Source: the human T2T-CHM13v2.0 reference genome, Homo sapiens. From it: a DNA stretch of 64,000 nucleotides. Within the stretch, counting starts at the first letter, position 1; every line of letters starts with the position of its first letter. The stretch is from NCBI RefSeq assembly GCF_009914755.1, contig NC_060929.1. The stretch is one strand, 5' to 3'. The notes under the pieces are model-generated. The model was not told the DNA's origin and made no database searches. It worked only from the letters and a program-made list of their open reading frames with translations. This document shows, in pieces, positions 37,986 to 54,810 of this stretch. Made by a program: the position numbers and the translations under genes.

Positions 37986-40309
37986 GCGTAGATGCTGTAA
38001 ATGCTGGCTGTAGGTCAGCCACCCCACTGTGAACACTACTATTGTGTTTGGGGCTTGTGGTCAAGGAAGCAGCATGTCCTCCTGGGAGCCTGCTAGGTAA
38101 ACAGGCCATCCATTTTGGTCTGGCTTGATGTTTGGTTGTCACAGGCTGCCAGAGATGAGTAATTCCCTCATCTCCTCAGAGCCCTGAGAGACCAGTCCCA
38201 AAGGATGCTAGCTGGAGGAAGACAGATTTCCTCTTAATATGAAGGCTAGCTCTCAGTGCAGACAGCTCCCCAGGCCTGGGTACAGCCAAGCAGAGCCACG
38301 CTTGATGAGGGAGGGACAGATTTGGGGGAGAGCGGATTGGACTCGGAATTGTGAAGGCTCCCCTCTACCCCTGAGGCTCTATAAACCATAATTCAAGGGC
38401 AGGCTCCTCATCAGAAAATAATGATGAGTCAGAGCTTCTTGCCTTCTCAACAACCTTCCATTCAACCAAATTATTCAAAGTGATTTGTACCAGAGACCCA
38501 GATTGTCATTCTAGCCCTGTTTGTTTCGCATTTGCATTTTCTCTCTCAAAATAAAGCCCCTCCTCCTCCTTCTTTCAAAGGTCACAATGGGTTAACATCA
38601 TCAATACAGCAGCAGAAGAGAAAGTGCAGTTTTAATGTGAGAAAGAAAATATTGACAGGTTTATGCAAGAGACGTAATTAACTCTATGCTCTGATGATCT
38701 GCCAGCACATCTTTCTTTCCTTCCAAACTTGTGCACTTCCATAACTCTTAAACATCCTGCTTCAGCCTTGAAAGGTAAAATATATACATATACTTTGACT
38801 CTGAGAAAATAGCCTAATCATGTGCAATTTAAATTTGGTACCTTCTTTAAAAGATAACCCAATACAGATGCGGTGGGTAATAAGCCACTTTGTACTGACT
38901 CCAACCCTCACACCCTCCATCCTCTCCTTCTGACAATCCAGCTTTCTTAAATGCTTCCTGTCTCAGCAAAGGTCAAATATTAAAAGTCAGAGAGCTCAGA
39001 AATACAAATGAACACTATCTAAGCCTCAGCAACAGAGGCTCTTTGAGAAAGACGATGCAAACACCAAAGAGTGTAAGAAAAAGCATGAAAGAAGCAGCAT
39101 CACTTGTAATCAGTAGCAAGCTCTGAAGCCTGTCTGTCCCTTTTAGATGCTTCACACTTTATTATTAATCCACCAGTGACAGCAGAGCTTGGTTAGGAGG
39201 GACATCTTTCATCTCTGATCCTCTCCCTGACAACTAAAATAGGGTGAGCACATTTGCATAACAGAAGAAAGGGACAGATTGCCACTCCAGAAGGACCCGC
39301 AGGACACCTGTCAGAAATATTAAAAAGCAGGATAATCTCACAAAATATGAAATGCTTCATGTATCGGTCTGGAGAGAGTTGATGGAAAGGCTACCATGGA
39401 AAGAAATAAAATGTGGGCTCTGTCCCATCTCCAAACCCTCATCTTGTGAATGACTTGGAGTCTATTCAGCATCCTGAAGTCCTCTCTCTCTGTCCTTTGT
39501 CCCACCCATTGAAAATACTTCCAGGCTGCTATCTTTTGTTACATAACACAAGAACAGTTGAGTTAGGGGAGCTCAGGAACAATTTTCTTGGCTCTCTTCC
39601 CCACCTGAGCCAGAACATCATACCCTCCACTCCCAACACACTCCTGACCTTCACCCACCCCATCCATCTCACCTCCAGTAGGAGAACCTTGCCTGCTTAT
39701 AGGGCTCTGGGAGATGTGCTCCTGTTCTCGGGTCACATTCAGACCACATAAAGACATTATTTTCAGTAGACAGAACTAAAACTGCAATTAGAACAGTATT
39801 CCAATTCAGGCCCACTGTGAGCTAAACAGGCATTCATGGCAGCCTGTGTATTACATTGTTTCTTAAAAAATGCAATCCAGGTAAACAAACCAATTTTGGG
39901 AATGTGGCTCCTTTGGTCAACTGCATCCAAGAAAGGTAAAGTTACGTCTCCCCAAAAGACTCTGCAATCTAAAGGAAACAGAGCAGGAGAATGGTGGAGC
40001 GATGGGGAATTGTTTGGGCATGGCCAAGGGAAACACAAGCCTTAACATTTTGTTGTGTTGAACTGGCTGTGGTCCACGGCCCTCGCTGCTAAACAGGACA
40101 ATGGATCAGGGATTAAATTTCCTGTGCCCACTCTCAGAGAGGGGACATTTTTGCAATCCCCCAAAGATGTTTTGGCCTACAGAGACAAACAACTGGAAAG
40201 AATTGCAGCACTTGTGGGGAGGGGAAGGAGTGCAGAAGATGACAAGAGCTTTAAAAGGGATGCCCTAAAAGAACAGCAAAACAGATCACCCTGCACCCTC
40301 AGCAGCTCC

Positions 40310-40417
40310 AGGCAGCCAATCAAGGAGGAGAAGCCGGAAGAGTCTGAGCTTGCGAGGTGGGAGCTGCCCAGAGCTGCCTGCCTGTGACTCAGGATGGAAT
40401 TTTCCTTCCAGGCAAGG
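40310..40417 (+). promoter_or_regulatory. Candidate promoter/enhancer: CCAAT, ETS, AP-1, kB
   Basis: AGCCAATCA (CCAAT 40316-20); CCGGAAG 40334-40; TGACTCA 40385-91; GGAATTTTCC 40396-405. Confidence 0.4.
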
Positions 40418-40879
40418 AAAATAGGTTGAAGTTTTTGTTGTTATGGTCATTGATATTGATCTTCTATTGTTAGATCTCTCGCTGTCTCTCTCTGTCTCTC
40501 AGCATACACACACACAGGGAAAAACACATGCACATGTATTTTTAACCTTATCTTGACTTTACTAAAAGAATCTTCAAGCTCTTTCCTCTATTGCTGTCTC
40601 AAGGCTGAAGTCAGATTTGGGAATCATAGAATCAGTAATTTGAGAGGGAATAGGATGGTGATTTTTTTTTACTGAGTCTTACATTATGTATAGACTGAGG
40701 AGGAAGGCCAAATACACACAAACACACACACACACACACACAGGCACGCACACATATATGTGTAGTAATTTAGGACACGTTAGACTAAGCCTGAAAGAAA
40801 TAAGGCTGCTAAGCTTCAGACTCTTGACTGGAAAAAGGGAACTGCTAGCCAGAACCCAGCTGCTCTTTCCCTAGGGTAA

Positions 40880-40976
40880 TTCTCTAACTTCAGGGAGTAT
40901 GACAATCACCTGGGGAACTTCACAGACATGTGAATCCCCAGTCCCCTCCTCAGAGGTTCTGACTTAATGGGTCTAA
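40880..40976. mobile_element. MER5A fragment
   Basis: AATCACCTGGGGAACTT...CCCCAGTCCCCTCCTCAGAGGTTCTGACTTAATGGGTCT. Confidence 0.6.
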
Positions 40977-41573
40977 AACCTTTTTCACTAGTTATAGTAT
41001 TATTGCTTTCTCTATAAAATAGACATTTGCCATTGACTGAAGAGTGTATGTGCAAGGCCTCTCTAAGCAGCAAAGTAAGTGGGGGAAGGAATTTAGACAT
41101 GCACAGCTCCAGCATGCATACATTTTCAACAGAGATGCTCAGATACTACCCAGCCCTTCTGGTTGACATTCACATGAAGCCACTAGGTCAATATAAACTG
41201 ATATTTCAAGTTGGAGGTCATAATGTTGCACCTGAGGAATGCTACTGAGGGTCTTAAAAGTGTGTTTTTGCTGATGATGGAGGAAAATCAATCTCTGGCC
41301 GCCTGGAACAGTGGCCTCTTACAAGCCATGTCCAGCCATTGGTTGTTGAGGCTTAAATGGGCCAACCTCAGAGTCTCTGCCCATGAGCAAATGGCTCATT
41401 TCTTTCAAAGGAAGCAGCATACGAGGCTCTGAAGATCACATATTTTGGAAGTTTATGGCTCTTTATCATTCTTGGGTAGGAGTTTCATGTCTGCCTCTCC
41501 AGTCTTGAAAGAATAAGCCCAGGGGAACCCTTAATTCAAATGTGACCATAGGTCTCTCAAATATCTTCTAGAC

Positions 41574-41893
41574 CAGTGCTGTCCAATTGAAATATAAAAT
41601 ATAATGTGAGTTATGTGTGTAATTTTAGATTTCCTATTAGCCATATCAAAAAGTAAAAAGAAAGATATAAAACATACTTTAATAATATATTTTATCTAAT
41701 CTAATATATACAAAATATCATGTCAACATGTAATCAATATTTTTAAAATTAACAATAAAACATTTTACATTCCTTTTGGGGGTACAAATGTGGTGTGTAT
41801 TTTATACTTAAAAAACATCTCAGTTCAGACTAGCCACGTTCAAGTACTCCATACAGCCACATGTGGTGGTAGCTACTGTACTGGACAGCACAG
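41574..41893 (-). mobile_element. MER33 (hAT-Charlie MITE)
   Basis: TIRs CAGTGCTGTCCAAT / CTGGACAGCACAG, about 320 bp. Degenerate 8-bp TSD TTCTAGAC/ATCCAGAC. Confidence 0.9.
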
Positions 41894-41989
41894 ATCCAGA
41901 CCGGGAGAGAGAGAGGGCTGAGACAGCGCCTATTCTGCACCCAGTGATGGGGAGACATGGAAGAAGAGAAGCTGATGAGTGTTGATGCA

Positions 41990-43118
<1,129 letters not shown>

Positions 43119-43287
43119 GGTTGGAGGCATCTTGCATTTGCCTCCCAGTAGCTCAGCCCCCCAGCAGTGACGAGGACTCTGTACCACCCTTCTCAGTCAT
43201 CTTCCTCATCTTCCCACCACATTGCAAAGCCTTGGGAAGAAATAGGATTAGAGTTAGGTACTCATCCTAACTAAATGAACTTTTCCC

Positions 43288-43465
43288 TTGGAACAATAAT
43301 TCTTTCCTGTTTCTTTTTGTGTTTGTTTTTTAATCACAGGCTCCTTGTGAGGTTGGTGGCAGCTGTGAATGTTCTTCCCCAACAATTTCACATACAATTT
43401 CTGGAGGTTCATAGACCTCTGATGCACACCAGAAGAGTCCAGGGACCTCAAATTAATAATGTGTG
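43288..43465. mobile_element. MER103C-like hAT MITE
   Basis: CAATTTCACATACAATTTCTGGAGGTTCATAGACCTCTGA...CCAGGGACCTCAAATTAA. Confidence 0.6.
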
Positions 43466-44915
43466 CCCCAGAGGTTCACCCAAGTGTAGTTTTCCTATCC
43501 GTCTTTGAAATCAAATCTTTCTGCTGCTGCAAAAATAGAAACCATATCCAGAAAGAAATTACAGAGCCAACAGCAAACTTGAATGGTAATATAGTTTATC
43601 TTTTCACCTGCAGATAGCTCTGAGCTGTCTGCTCTTCCTAGGAAAACTCCACTTCATGGGGAGGTAGACCAGTAGATCACATCCAAAAGTTCTTTCTCAT
43701 TCCTTATCTAAATTGCTCCTGCTTTAAGATGAATCTGCTTTCTTTAGCCAGATCTCCTGGGAAAACAAAAAACCAAGTACTTATCTTTAAAAAGTATTAG
43801 GATGTCCCTGTTCCCTTCCCCAAGTCCCTTCAGGCAAAATAAACAGAGTCATTGGCCTATTCTAAACAAGCTCACTGAAAATGCCTTTTCTCAGCAGGGT
43901 TCAAGCTCTGGCCTGAGCCAGCCCAGGAATGAGTCTGAAGAGACCCAGAGAAGCAAGCACTGAAGGACAAAGGGAGGCCCTGGGGTCCCCTCACAGATCC
44001 CTAGAAGAGAGGATACTCATCTCCTTTGCCTGGAAATGTGGCATATGATGACTAAGAAAGACACAAAGCAGGGGTTCTTTAACATCCTTCCCTAAAAGTG
44101 GCTGTCAGAGGCATGATGCTGTCCCACAGACTCTGCCTGTCACTAAAGCCCATTCTTAGTGTGGGGACAGTTAATCAGATGTTAATCTTCAAACACCCCT
44201 TTGGTCAGTGGAATGGGAAAAAAGATGAGTTTACAGTATTCTGGATTTTAGCCATTCATTGACTATAGCCTGAAAGCTTTAAAAATGCTTTACAAAATAA
44301 ATCCACAGAGCTCCTTTTCTGAAGCATGATTAAGTCAGAGGATAGTAAAACTCCCTGGCCCAGAACTGAAACCTTCCCATAATTATTGAAATCAAATGAA
44401 AGCATGACAGTCTGTGTCTTCACAAAGCAAAATCTATTCATTAGGCAATAAAAAGCAGTCTAGAATAAAACACAGAGTTTATATCAGAGTCTCATCAGAG
44501 GATTTGGACAGAAATTGTTCCATCAATATTTTTTGTTGGAATTGCAGTTTATTTATAAGGGAATTGCCAAGAGCCTTTGATAAACTGTGAAACTTCCTAG
44601 GTGAACGAGAACTGTATAATCAATGAAACTGAGGAAAAACATATTAAGTTCCTGGAAGAACTTAGAGAGTGAGGAGAAAGTGGAATCAAAATATTGATTG
44701 TTTATATCTGTCTCTCTTTTTCTCCCTGAGGCTAACAAGAGATCCATGGAAGCATGGGATTTTTACAAACCTTAAACATTAGCTAGCTCCCACACAGTCC
44801 CCCTCTGCTGTGCTTACTGAGCATGACTCTTCCATAACCTCTCAAGTGGAGGCTGCTTGAAGTTCATTAATTCCTTCAATTAACTACACACTACTGATGT
44901 AGCTCCCAAAGACCT

Positions 44916-45281
44916 TGTCTTAGTTCAGGATGCTATAACAGAATACTGTAGACTGGATGGCTGGAACAGCAGATATTTATTTCTCATAGTTTTAGAGTCT
45001 GGGAAGTCCAAGGTCAAAGTGACAGCAGATACAGTGAATGACGAGGGACTGCTTCATGATTTGCAGATGACTGTGTTCTCGTATCCTCATCTTGTGGAGA
45101 ACAGAGAAACAGGAAGCAAGCTCTATGGTGTCTCTCCTTATAAAGGCACTAATTCCTTCCAGAGGACTCCACTCTCATGACCTAATTACATCCCAAAGTT
45201 CCCATCTCCAAATACCATCACTTTGGAGATTAGGGTTTCAACTTGTGGATTTGGGGGAATGCAAACATTTAGTTCATAGGA
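44916..45281 (-). mobile_element. MLT1A0-like MaLR solo LTR
   Basis: TGTCTTAGTTCAGGATGCTATAACAGAATAC...GGGAAGTCCAAGGTCAAAG...CATGACCTAATTAC...GCAAACATTTAGTTCATAG, about 365 bp. Confidence 0.9.
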
Positions 45282-45674
45282 GAACCAATTCTACTAAAAG
45301 GGCAGCTCCAATTGGCATATTATATATATTCTTCTCTGGACCCAAAACTGTTGAGGAATAGCATTAATAATCATAAAAAGCCAAATAATCCTTTTAAGGA
45401 AGTTGAGTAGCTCAGCCAAGCAAAACATTTTCAAATATTTCATCCTCTGTCTTTGTCTGACTTTCATTTCTCATGGCAGGAGGGCTTTGAACAATTACAA
45501 TTGGGCATGCTTTTTTGTGACGTCATCCTTTTTATTTCAGTTTGTTTGTTTTTGTATTGCCCAGACTAATTGCTTTAGAATAACACTGTTATTGCAAACA
45601 GTGATGTGATGAAGGGGAAACTGTGAAAGGCTTGGGAAAATATAATAATTTAATACATTATAAATATATATATG

Positions 45675-45963
<289 letters not shown>

Positions 45964-47747
45964 TAAATATTTTTAGAAGGAATTTTTCTGACTCCCGTGT
46001 CACAAGGGACAATAATTTCTATATTCCTTTAAGTTAATCCATACGACCTAATGAGCCACAACTACCAAAACAGGTAGGGTGCATTCTGAGAGCTGTGCAA
46101 TTTGGACTGAATTATGATGGAATTGACTCAGACGGAGGCAGAAAACTCTGGACATATTAATAGCATCCAAAAGTAGATTTTAAAGAACTCATTACATGAG
46201 GATGAGATCCTGTGGAGGGGTTCAGGTTAATATATGAGTCAAATCATTGAAAGAGTTACTGAGGAAGACATTTTAAGAGACACGCATGTTGGACGCATCT
46301 TTGCACAGAGGGGACATTTAGCCTGAGCAACATATGTTTAGAATCCAGATTGAAAATCATTCTTGATTACGGATGGAGGGACAAATCTCTCTGGCCAGAA
46401 AGCTGGAGTCAGGAGACAGTGAGATGGAAAAAGTAGACTTTGTTTCTTCCCTTGGTAACACTCACAAAAGTGTCCACCCCCAGAAACGCTGGAAAGGAGA
46501 AAGTGATTCTGTTAATAACCAACCTTAAATGAGCTAATTAAGGAAATAACAGCTTTGGGGACACCACACTCTTTATAATGGGAGGAATTGGACTCTGGAG
46601 AGTTGCTGGAAAGCTCACCTTCTGGACCATGCCCACTGACTTTACTGGAAATGGAAATCTGAAGGGGATAAGGATGACCAGGGAGAAAACGTCCTGGGAT
46701 CAGACCAAGCTTGGGGCTGGTGCACAAGGCTTTGCCTTGACTTTTAAAGTTCTGTCTATAAATGTTTCTCACCCCTTTCTTTCGCACATAGTACGGAACC
46801 CTGAAAAACTATTCTTCAGGTTATAGGCTGCACCAATTGCTCAGTTTAGAGAACTTTAAGGAATCCCTTCTTAAGAAAAAAAGAATCAGTAATTGTGTCC
46901 ATTTTGAGGAATTTTAATACTTGTCATGTACACATATGTGTACATACAAACCACATAATAAACAACACTTTTTCCTTTAGCTATTACAGTCCAGTTCTTG
47001 AAGTGTCAAGGTCATAAAGTTTACCAATTAGCTATTATGAACAAGTTCTTCATCAGAATAAATGGAAATTTTACTTTGCTTTAGAGAAAATACAACGTGC
47101 GCATATGCACTATATTTTGAGATCTGCATAAAAGAACATTTCTATACTATTTTAATAGAAATATTGCTCAATTTTAAATGTATCTCAAGTTTAAATGAGT
47201 GGTATTTTCCCTTTCTAAACTAGGATTGGATCTTCTGCTCTCAGCCATCAGTTCTGGGTAAATCCAAGCTGCTTGGCTGGCTAAAAAGAGGTGTGGTTGG
47301 TTTTACCTAATGGCTACCCTCATCTGTAATCTTCTTTATGCAACTAAAAATCAGTAAGAACAACACACTTATTTTTTCTCCATATGTCCTGGAAGCAGAC
47401 CTTTATACCATGCCTCACAAGACGGACAGAGGGAGGCATCTGGAGATGTTCGGACAGAATGGAAGTCAATTAGAACATTCTAATGGTGGGCATGCAGCCT
47501 GAAATCAGATATGTTACCTAGGGATGTTGGTGGATTCTATATGGCCTGTGAGAATGAACAAGCAGGTTAGTACTGGATGCTGTTGCCAAAGAATGGGCAA
47601 GGGCAGAAGTGAAAGAAGAAATGGAGAAGGCAGTAGGGTCAAATAGTGAGACTCAGATGGGAGAATCTATATCTTTGTAACAATATTTTTACCCATTGGA
47701 AAGAAGACATAGGGTAAAATTTTAGATATTGATATTCAAAATTGTTG

Positions 47748-48560
<813 letters not shown>

Positions 48561-49577
48561 TTGCTATCTGAGAATATTATCATTATTCTGTATTGAATGT
48601 TTAAGAACTCTATGTGTGAGTTTAAGTTCATTATGGCTTTAAATGAATTCCTCAATTTCCCTTGAGAGAAAGGTTTTGCTTTATTTTTCTTTTTAGGTAA
48701 CCAAGGCTGTACTCAGATATTGTTAATAAGGAAGAAAAACTGGTGTCCTGTTTTTAAACTGAGGACACTAGGGCCAGAGGTCAGGAAGAGGGATCACCTT
48801 CCCCTTCAACACAACATCCTTCTAAAAGTTCTGCCTCTGCTTCTATAATTGTGAAGCACCTATTACTATTCCTCAAGGCCCAAAAGGGGGTTTGTAGGAT
48901 GATGGATATAGGAGATGTTGGGGTTTCAAGGATGAAGAACATCTAGCAGTGAAGCAGAGAAAACAATGATGTCTAGAGTGAGAGAAAATGTGAGGGGCTG
49001 TTGGAAAATATCATCAATATTCATAGAGACTTGATATTAGTGACAAGGAGGGATAATACTCACCTAGGTGGAAAATGTTCACATCCCCTTAGCTGAAATT
49101 ACTTCTTCAAGCAGATGGTTTTGAATTGCTGTGAATAGGCTCACATTTGCATAATGGCTTTTCTAGATTTTTTTTTTCTGTTACTCTCAACTAGTTGCTT
49201 TAGAATAACGTTGTTATTTCTGTTAAACTCCTCCTCCTAGGAACCAGTGCAAACATATGTAACATTTACATTTTTTTTTTGTTTGCTTCTTCACCACATA
49301 ACACTGAGCCTCCTAGTAGTGTTGCAAATCTTTGGCTATTAAGGACCAGAGATGTCCCTATCCCTTTTCTTACATGTCACGTTGAGGAAGGAGGTGAAAT
49401 CTTGGTGAAATTTTTCTTGACTTGATTTGGGCTAGAGCAAGGATATGACCTGGTTTCCATTGTAGAGGATCATAACATACCACCCCAAAATATGGCATTT
49501 TTCCATGTTGATTCATTTGAGCTTAAGGCAATTGAGTAACAGCAGATGCAGAAAGAGCTCTCTGACCTTCCCCTTTC

Positions 49578-50505
<928 letters not shown>

Positions 50506-51079
50506 TTAAATGCAGGGCACAAATTTCTTGTGAGAAAGATGCTTTCCCTATACCAGGAAGAGGAGAACATTCTTATCACTGGATATGGGGAGTCAACACC
50601 CAGATGAATCCATACAAAAAAGCCTACTGAAATAACCTTATTTTCTATTAGTTTCCCATTTATTTCCTAGCCACCTTCCCATAATCTGCTGCTTCAGCCC
50701 AACCCCCTTTTTTCCTTGTCATATTATTTTGTCTTGTCACATCTTCTGAAATTTATAATTCTTTGTTAATGTGGTATATAAGCTCTCAGGCCTATCTGCT
50801 TCTTTGGATCTTCATTTCTTACATATGAAAGCCTCCATGTATGTGTAAAATATTAATATCAAATAAAATTTATATGCTGTTTCTCCTGTCAATCTGTCTT
50901 TTGCCACTTTAATTCTCAGGCTAAGCCACAGAACCTAAGAGGAAGGAGGAAAAGTATTTCCCCTCCTTCATTATGTCTCCTAAATTTTCAAACCAACAAT
51001 GTCAGTACTTCCTTAAGTTTTCCAGGGATTCTTGTGAGCCACATTACTAAGGCAGGTAGCAATTAAAAAATCATTTCTA

Positions 51080-51355
51080 TAGTTCTTTTACTCGTTGTTC
51101 CTATTTTCACCTAGACAGATCAAGTCAAAGCCTTCTCAACATGACAGCCCTTTTTATAATTGAAGACATCTATCAAATGTTTGTCATCTAAGACTTTGTT
51201 AGTCCAGGTTAAACATCCCCAGTATATTGGCCATTTGTCAAAAGACATAAATTTTTCTTCTTGGCTGGAAGAATTTTGGTATTGTCTCAAAGTGTGTTGC
51301 CCACTTTAAGATACAATCTGATGGAAGATGTACCTGGTGTGACTATTACCCTCAT
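51080..51355 (-). mobile_element. L3/CR1 fragment
   Basis: ATTGAAGACATCTATCA...TCCAGGTTAAACATCCCCAGT...GTGTTGCCCA...GACTATTACCCTC. Confidence 0.6.
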
Positions 51356-52453
51356 TAATAACAGTGACAATTATTCATGGAAAATATAAGCAGTGCTGAG
51401 ATAAAATTATGTACTGGCAGGAAGAAAAAGTTATTTGTGGGTGTTTGCTCTGAGCAGACTCTGTTAGGTGCTTTATAAACATTAGCCGGTGCAGCTCATT
51501 AAGCAAGATGGGAAGAGGAGGGAGGGTTTCTGCTCACCTAGTGGCGTCCACTCTAGGGATGAGAATTTTTATGAAAATCGTCAATTGGTTCCACCCACTT
51601 CAGATATCATCCTGAAAGGGCTCTTTCCCTTGAAAATGTACAAAAGCAAAAAAAAAGAATTAAAATTTATTAACCCCATACTATGAAATAGGAACTATGT
51701 GTAGTTTGCTCAAGAGTTGGTTGAGAATGATTAAGTCTGATAGCAAGTAACAAGTAATTTAGTTCTGAGGATAACTTCTATTCCTTCTTCACTGAGGATC
51801 ACAGAAAGCCTTCCCCAGGGGTGAATGAAGCAGCAGCCTGTGTCCTAGTCCTTTCATCACCCTAGGTCTGAATCACCCACACGTTCCCTATTAGGACCAC
51901 ACAATTCTGGGCCTGGAGCACCAGTCTGAGGTGTCATAGTGGGTTTAATTAAATGAACTGGTGAGAAATCATAGGCATTATATCCCCAATGGCTCCAAGT
52001 TTATTCCTTAAGTGCAGCCTTCAGGAACGGTATTCTGCACATATTGGGTTCCTTTAATAAGCACTCCACCAAATGCCAGCATCACAGCTGCTCTTTATAT
52101 CTATATGCTTGTGCAGGCTCTAAGCTGTAGCCACGGGGATGGCTTTAAGATTCATGGACTTTAGCAGGAAGAGAGGCACTTTTTGGGTCAGCCTTTTCCA
52201 ATTCAGGAGGCTTAAGATATTCACAGGTAATTCTTGAAGGAAATATCAATGCCAGAAGTAGGTTTTCTTCTACAGTGTATTTTATTTTGATACATAGGAA
52301 CAATATAAGAGTATTTAGAAGTGGCCTGCCATACCCGAGAACGTGAAGAAATCACCAATGCAAGAGCCCTTTGACAGCACTGACCATGTAAACTCTGAAT
52401 TGACATGTGTCATTGGGGCAGCTTGTCTTATAAATTTAATATGGATTTGTGAT

Positions 52454-53011
52454 GTATAAAAGTTTGGGGGGCTTTTAATACCAAGAAATAGAAAACTCGG
52501 CTAACAGTGGTTTAAACAACCAAGAGTTTTGTTTTCTTGCCTAGTAAGAAGCCAGGAAGTAGGCAGTGGCGGGCTTCACTCAACTGCTCAGTGGCGTGCC
52601 AGGGCCCCTGGCCTTTCTCATTTTCTGCTCTGGCATCCTCAGATTCTTGCCTCAGGGCCACAGATGGAAGTTGCTTCTCCACAAGAAGCAAGGAGAAGGG
52701 AGAAAAGACATGGCTCCAGTAAGCTTTTTCTCCTGGGTCTGTCCCTTTATCTGAAAATAAAATATTTCCTAAACCCCTCTAGCAAGCTTCCCCTATATAT
52801 CTCATCAGTCAAAATCAGATCCCACTGTCACTCTGGCTGCAAGGGAGATTGGGAAGAGGATATCTGAGAAAAGGCAATAGGATTACTATAACTGGTTTAC
52901 AGACGTGAAGATTCATGAGGGGAGACAAGCACATCTTCTCCCCCAAGCAAGAACACATTGGCAGGAAGGAGAGCCATGGACATCCACGAGGGAATGCAGC
53001 AATCTGCTGTA
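52454..53011 (-). mobile_element. MaLR LTR (MLT1K/L-like)
   Basis: AACAGTGGTTTAAACAA...GGAAGTAGGCAGTG...TCTGCTCTGGCATCCTCAG...CTGGCTGCAAGGGAGATTGGGAA. Confidence 0.7.
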
Positions 53012-53487
53012 TTGTAAGCCTGTCTACTACAAAGACTCATTTCCTGTGGATCAAATTCTGAGAAAAGAAAGTCTTCAATGAAACACCGAGTCTTGTTCTC
53101 AAACTCTTTCTAGATCAAATCAATACAAAATTGGAATTCTACAAAGGAAAAATACATAATGGTGGATCTGGGTTTCTAAAAGAATTGAGAACTGAAGTAT
53201 ATAAGGTAAGACAATGAATGGTTTTAACAGCAAGCTGTGTTAAGAGTATCAGAATATCACCAAACATGCAGCTCCTGCTTTTCATCACTTTAATGCAATG
53301 TGTCTTTGAAAATAGAATTTCTCCTATTATGCTAAAAAACAAACAGATATTAGGTAAAGATCTGATGAGAATAAATGACAATGCTCCCTATAGCATACAT
53401 ATATTTGATTAAAACATACTTCCCATTTTTAAAAAGTTGGTGTTTTTAACCTCATTATTTATAAGAAGAAAAAATTTACTTGCAAAA

Positions 53488-53700
53488 GTAGTATCGTTTA
53501 GTGACAAAAAGAATAAGCTCTGAAGCCAGGCAAACCTGGATTCCTATTCTGACCTGCTTATTAGCCTTGATCAAGTCTCAGTGATTTCCCTGAAAAATGA
53601 GGGTAATAAGAGCACCTACCTCATAGATTGCTGTGAATCGTAAAGGTGCCAATGCACACTAAAACTTTGCATATTTCCAGGCACATAAGAAACCCTTAGC
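53488..53700 (+). mobile_element. MIR
   Basis: GCTCTGAAGCCAGGCAAACCTGGATTC...AAAATGAGGGTAATAAGAGCACCTACCTCATAGATTGCTGTGA. Confidence 0.8.
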
Positions 53701-54174
53701 ATTACCTGTCTCAATATTTTTCTTGGTTTTGTTTTGAATAAAAGCATTTGGACCTAATTTTAATTGTTAATTATAATAAATAATTTATTTGTGAGATCTT
53801 TCTCTGTTGTGGTTTACTTTAACCCAGGGATGCATTGTATCTTGTGACCTCTTCCTATTGGTGTACTGCCAAGAAAGTATAATTATTAAAATATTCTGTG
53901 ATATGTTTTGATAACCCTCTAACTAGACTATGACTTTTAAAAGTCTACGGTGATGGATTGGACCACACCTAATGGAGTCCATGGTATTTCCTACATGGCA
54001 CTTGTCACCCCCTGGACCACTGCACCTGGCTGCAACCACTCTGGTTTGCTGTTAACCCTCCATGCCCTGGGCTGTAGGGTCCAGATATAGTAGTTTTGGG
54101 CTGTCAAGTAGAAGTGCTGAGTTATACTGACTTTTCTCTCCCAGACTCTCCAAGTCTCTTCCAAGAAAACTTCT

Positions 54175-54587
54175 TGTATTCGTCTGTTCTCTCACTACCA
54201 TGAAGAAATACCTGAGACTGGGTAATTTATAAAGAAAAGAGGTTTAATTTCCTCAAGGTTCTACAACCTGTACAGAAAGCATAATGCCAGCATCTGCTTG
54301 GCTTCTGGGGAGGCCTCAGGAAACTTATAATCATGGCACAAGGCAAAGGGGCAGCCAGCACTTCACTTGGCTAGAGAGGGAGGAAGAGCATGGAGAGGGA
54401 GGTGCTACACACTTGTAAATGACCAGCTCTCATGAGAACTCACTCACTATCATAAGAACAGCACCAAGAGGGAAATCCACCCTCATGATCCAATCACCTC
54501 CCACCAGGCCCCACCTTCAACATGGCAACATTGGGGATTACAAATCAAGACGAGATTTGGGCAGGGACACAGACCAAAACCATATCA
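54175..54587 (-). mobile_element. MSTA MaLR solo LTR
   Basis: TGTATT.GTCTGTTCTC...AAATACCTGAGACTGGGTAATTTATAAAGAAAAGAGG...GGGACACAGACCAAAACCATATCA. Perfect 5-bp TSD CTTCT. Confidence 0.93.
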
Positions 54588-54659
54588 CTTCTCTTGGCCA
54601 TGTGTTCTCAGTTCTATCTTTGAATAGTTCATTTTTTTGACCTGAGTATAAAATGGGAC

Positions 54660-54810
54660 CATACTATTATCTAGTCACATTATCCCATTTTGCCTTCAGG
54701 AATACCATGACAGACTTTGTTGAATACTTTATCAAATCTATGTTTATCATATTTGCCTAGGCTAGCAGGTTGGCAAAGTCATCGAGGTTAAATTGGAATG
54801 CCTGTTTTTG
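54660..54810 (-). mobile_element. L3/CR1 RT fragment
   Basis: The minus strand ATAGATTTGATAAAGTATTCAACAAAGTC resembles the CR1 LDFSKAFDKV coding segment. Confidence 0.5.

Noticed and set aside
46050-47600. L3/CR1 fragments at ~46050-46420 and ~47440-47600
   Set aside because: The similarity is too degraded to call by eye.
48670-48730. Strong acceptor TTTTCTTTTTAG|G (exon start 48697) as a coding partner of the 40394 ATG
   Set aside because: An in-frame join gives MEFSFQ-VTKAVLRYC-stop (15 aa), and there is no convincing downstream donor.
51530-51548. Second CTCF-like motif (CCACTAGGTGAGC on the minus strand)
   Set aside because: Mismatches in the conserved GGC part of the core, and no upstream motif.
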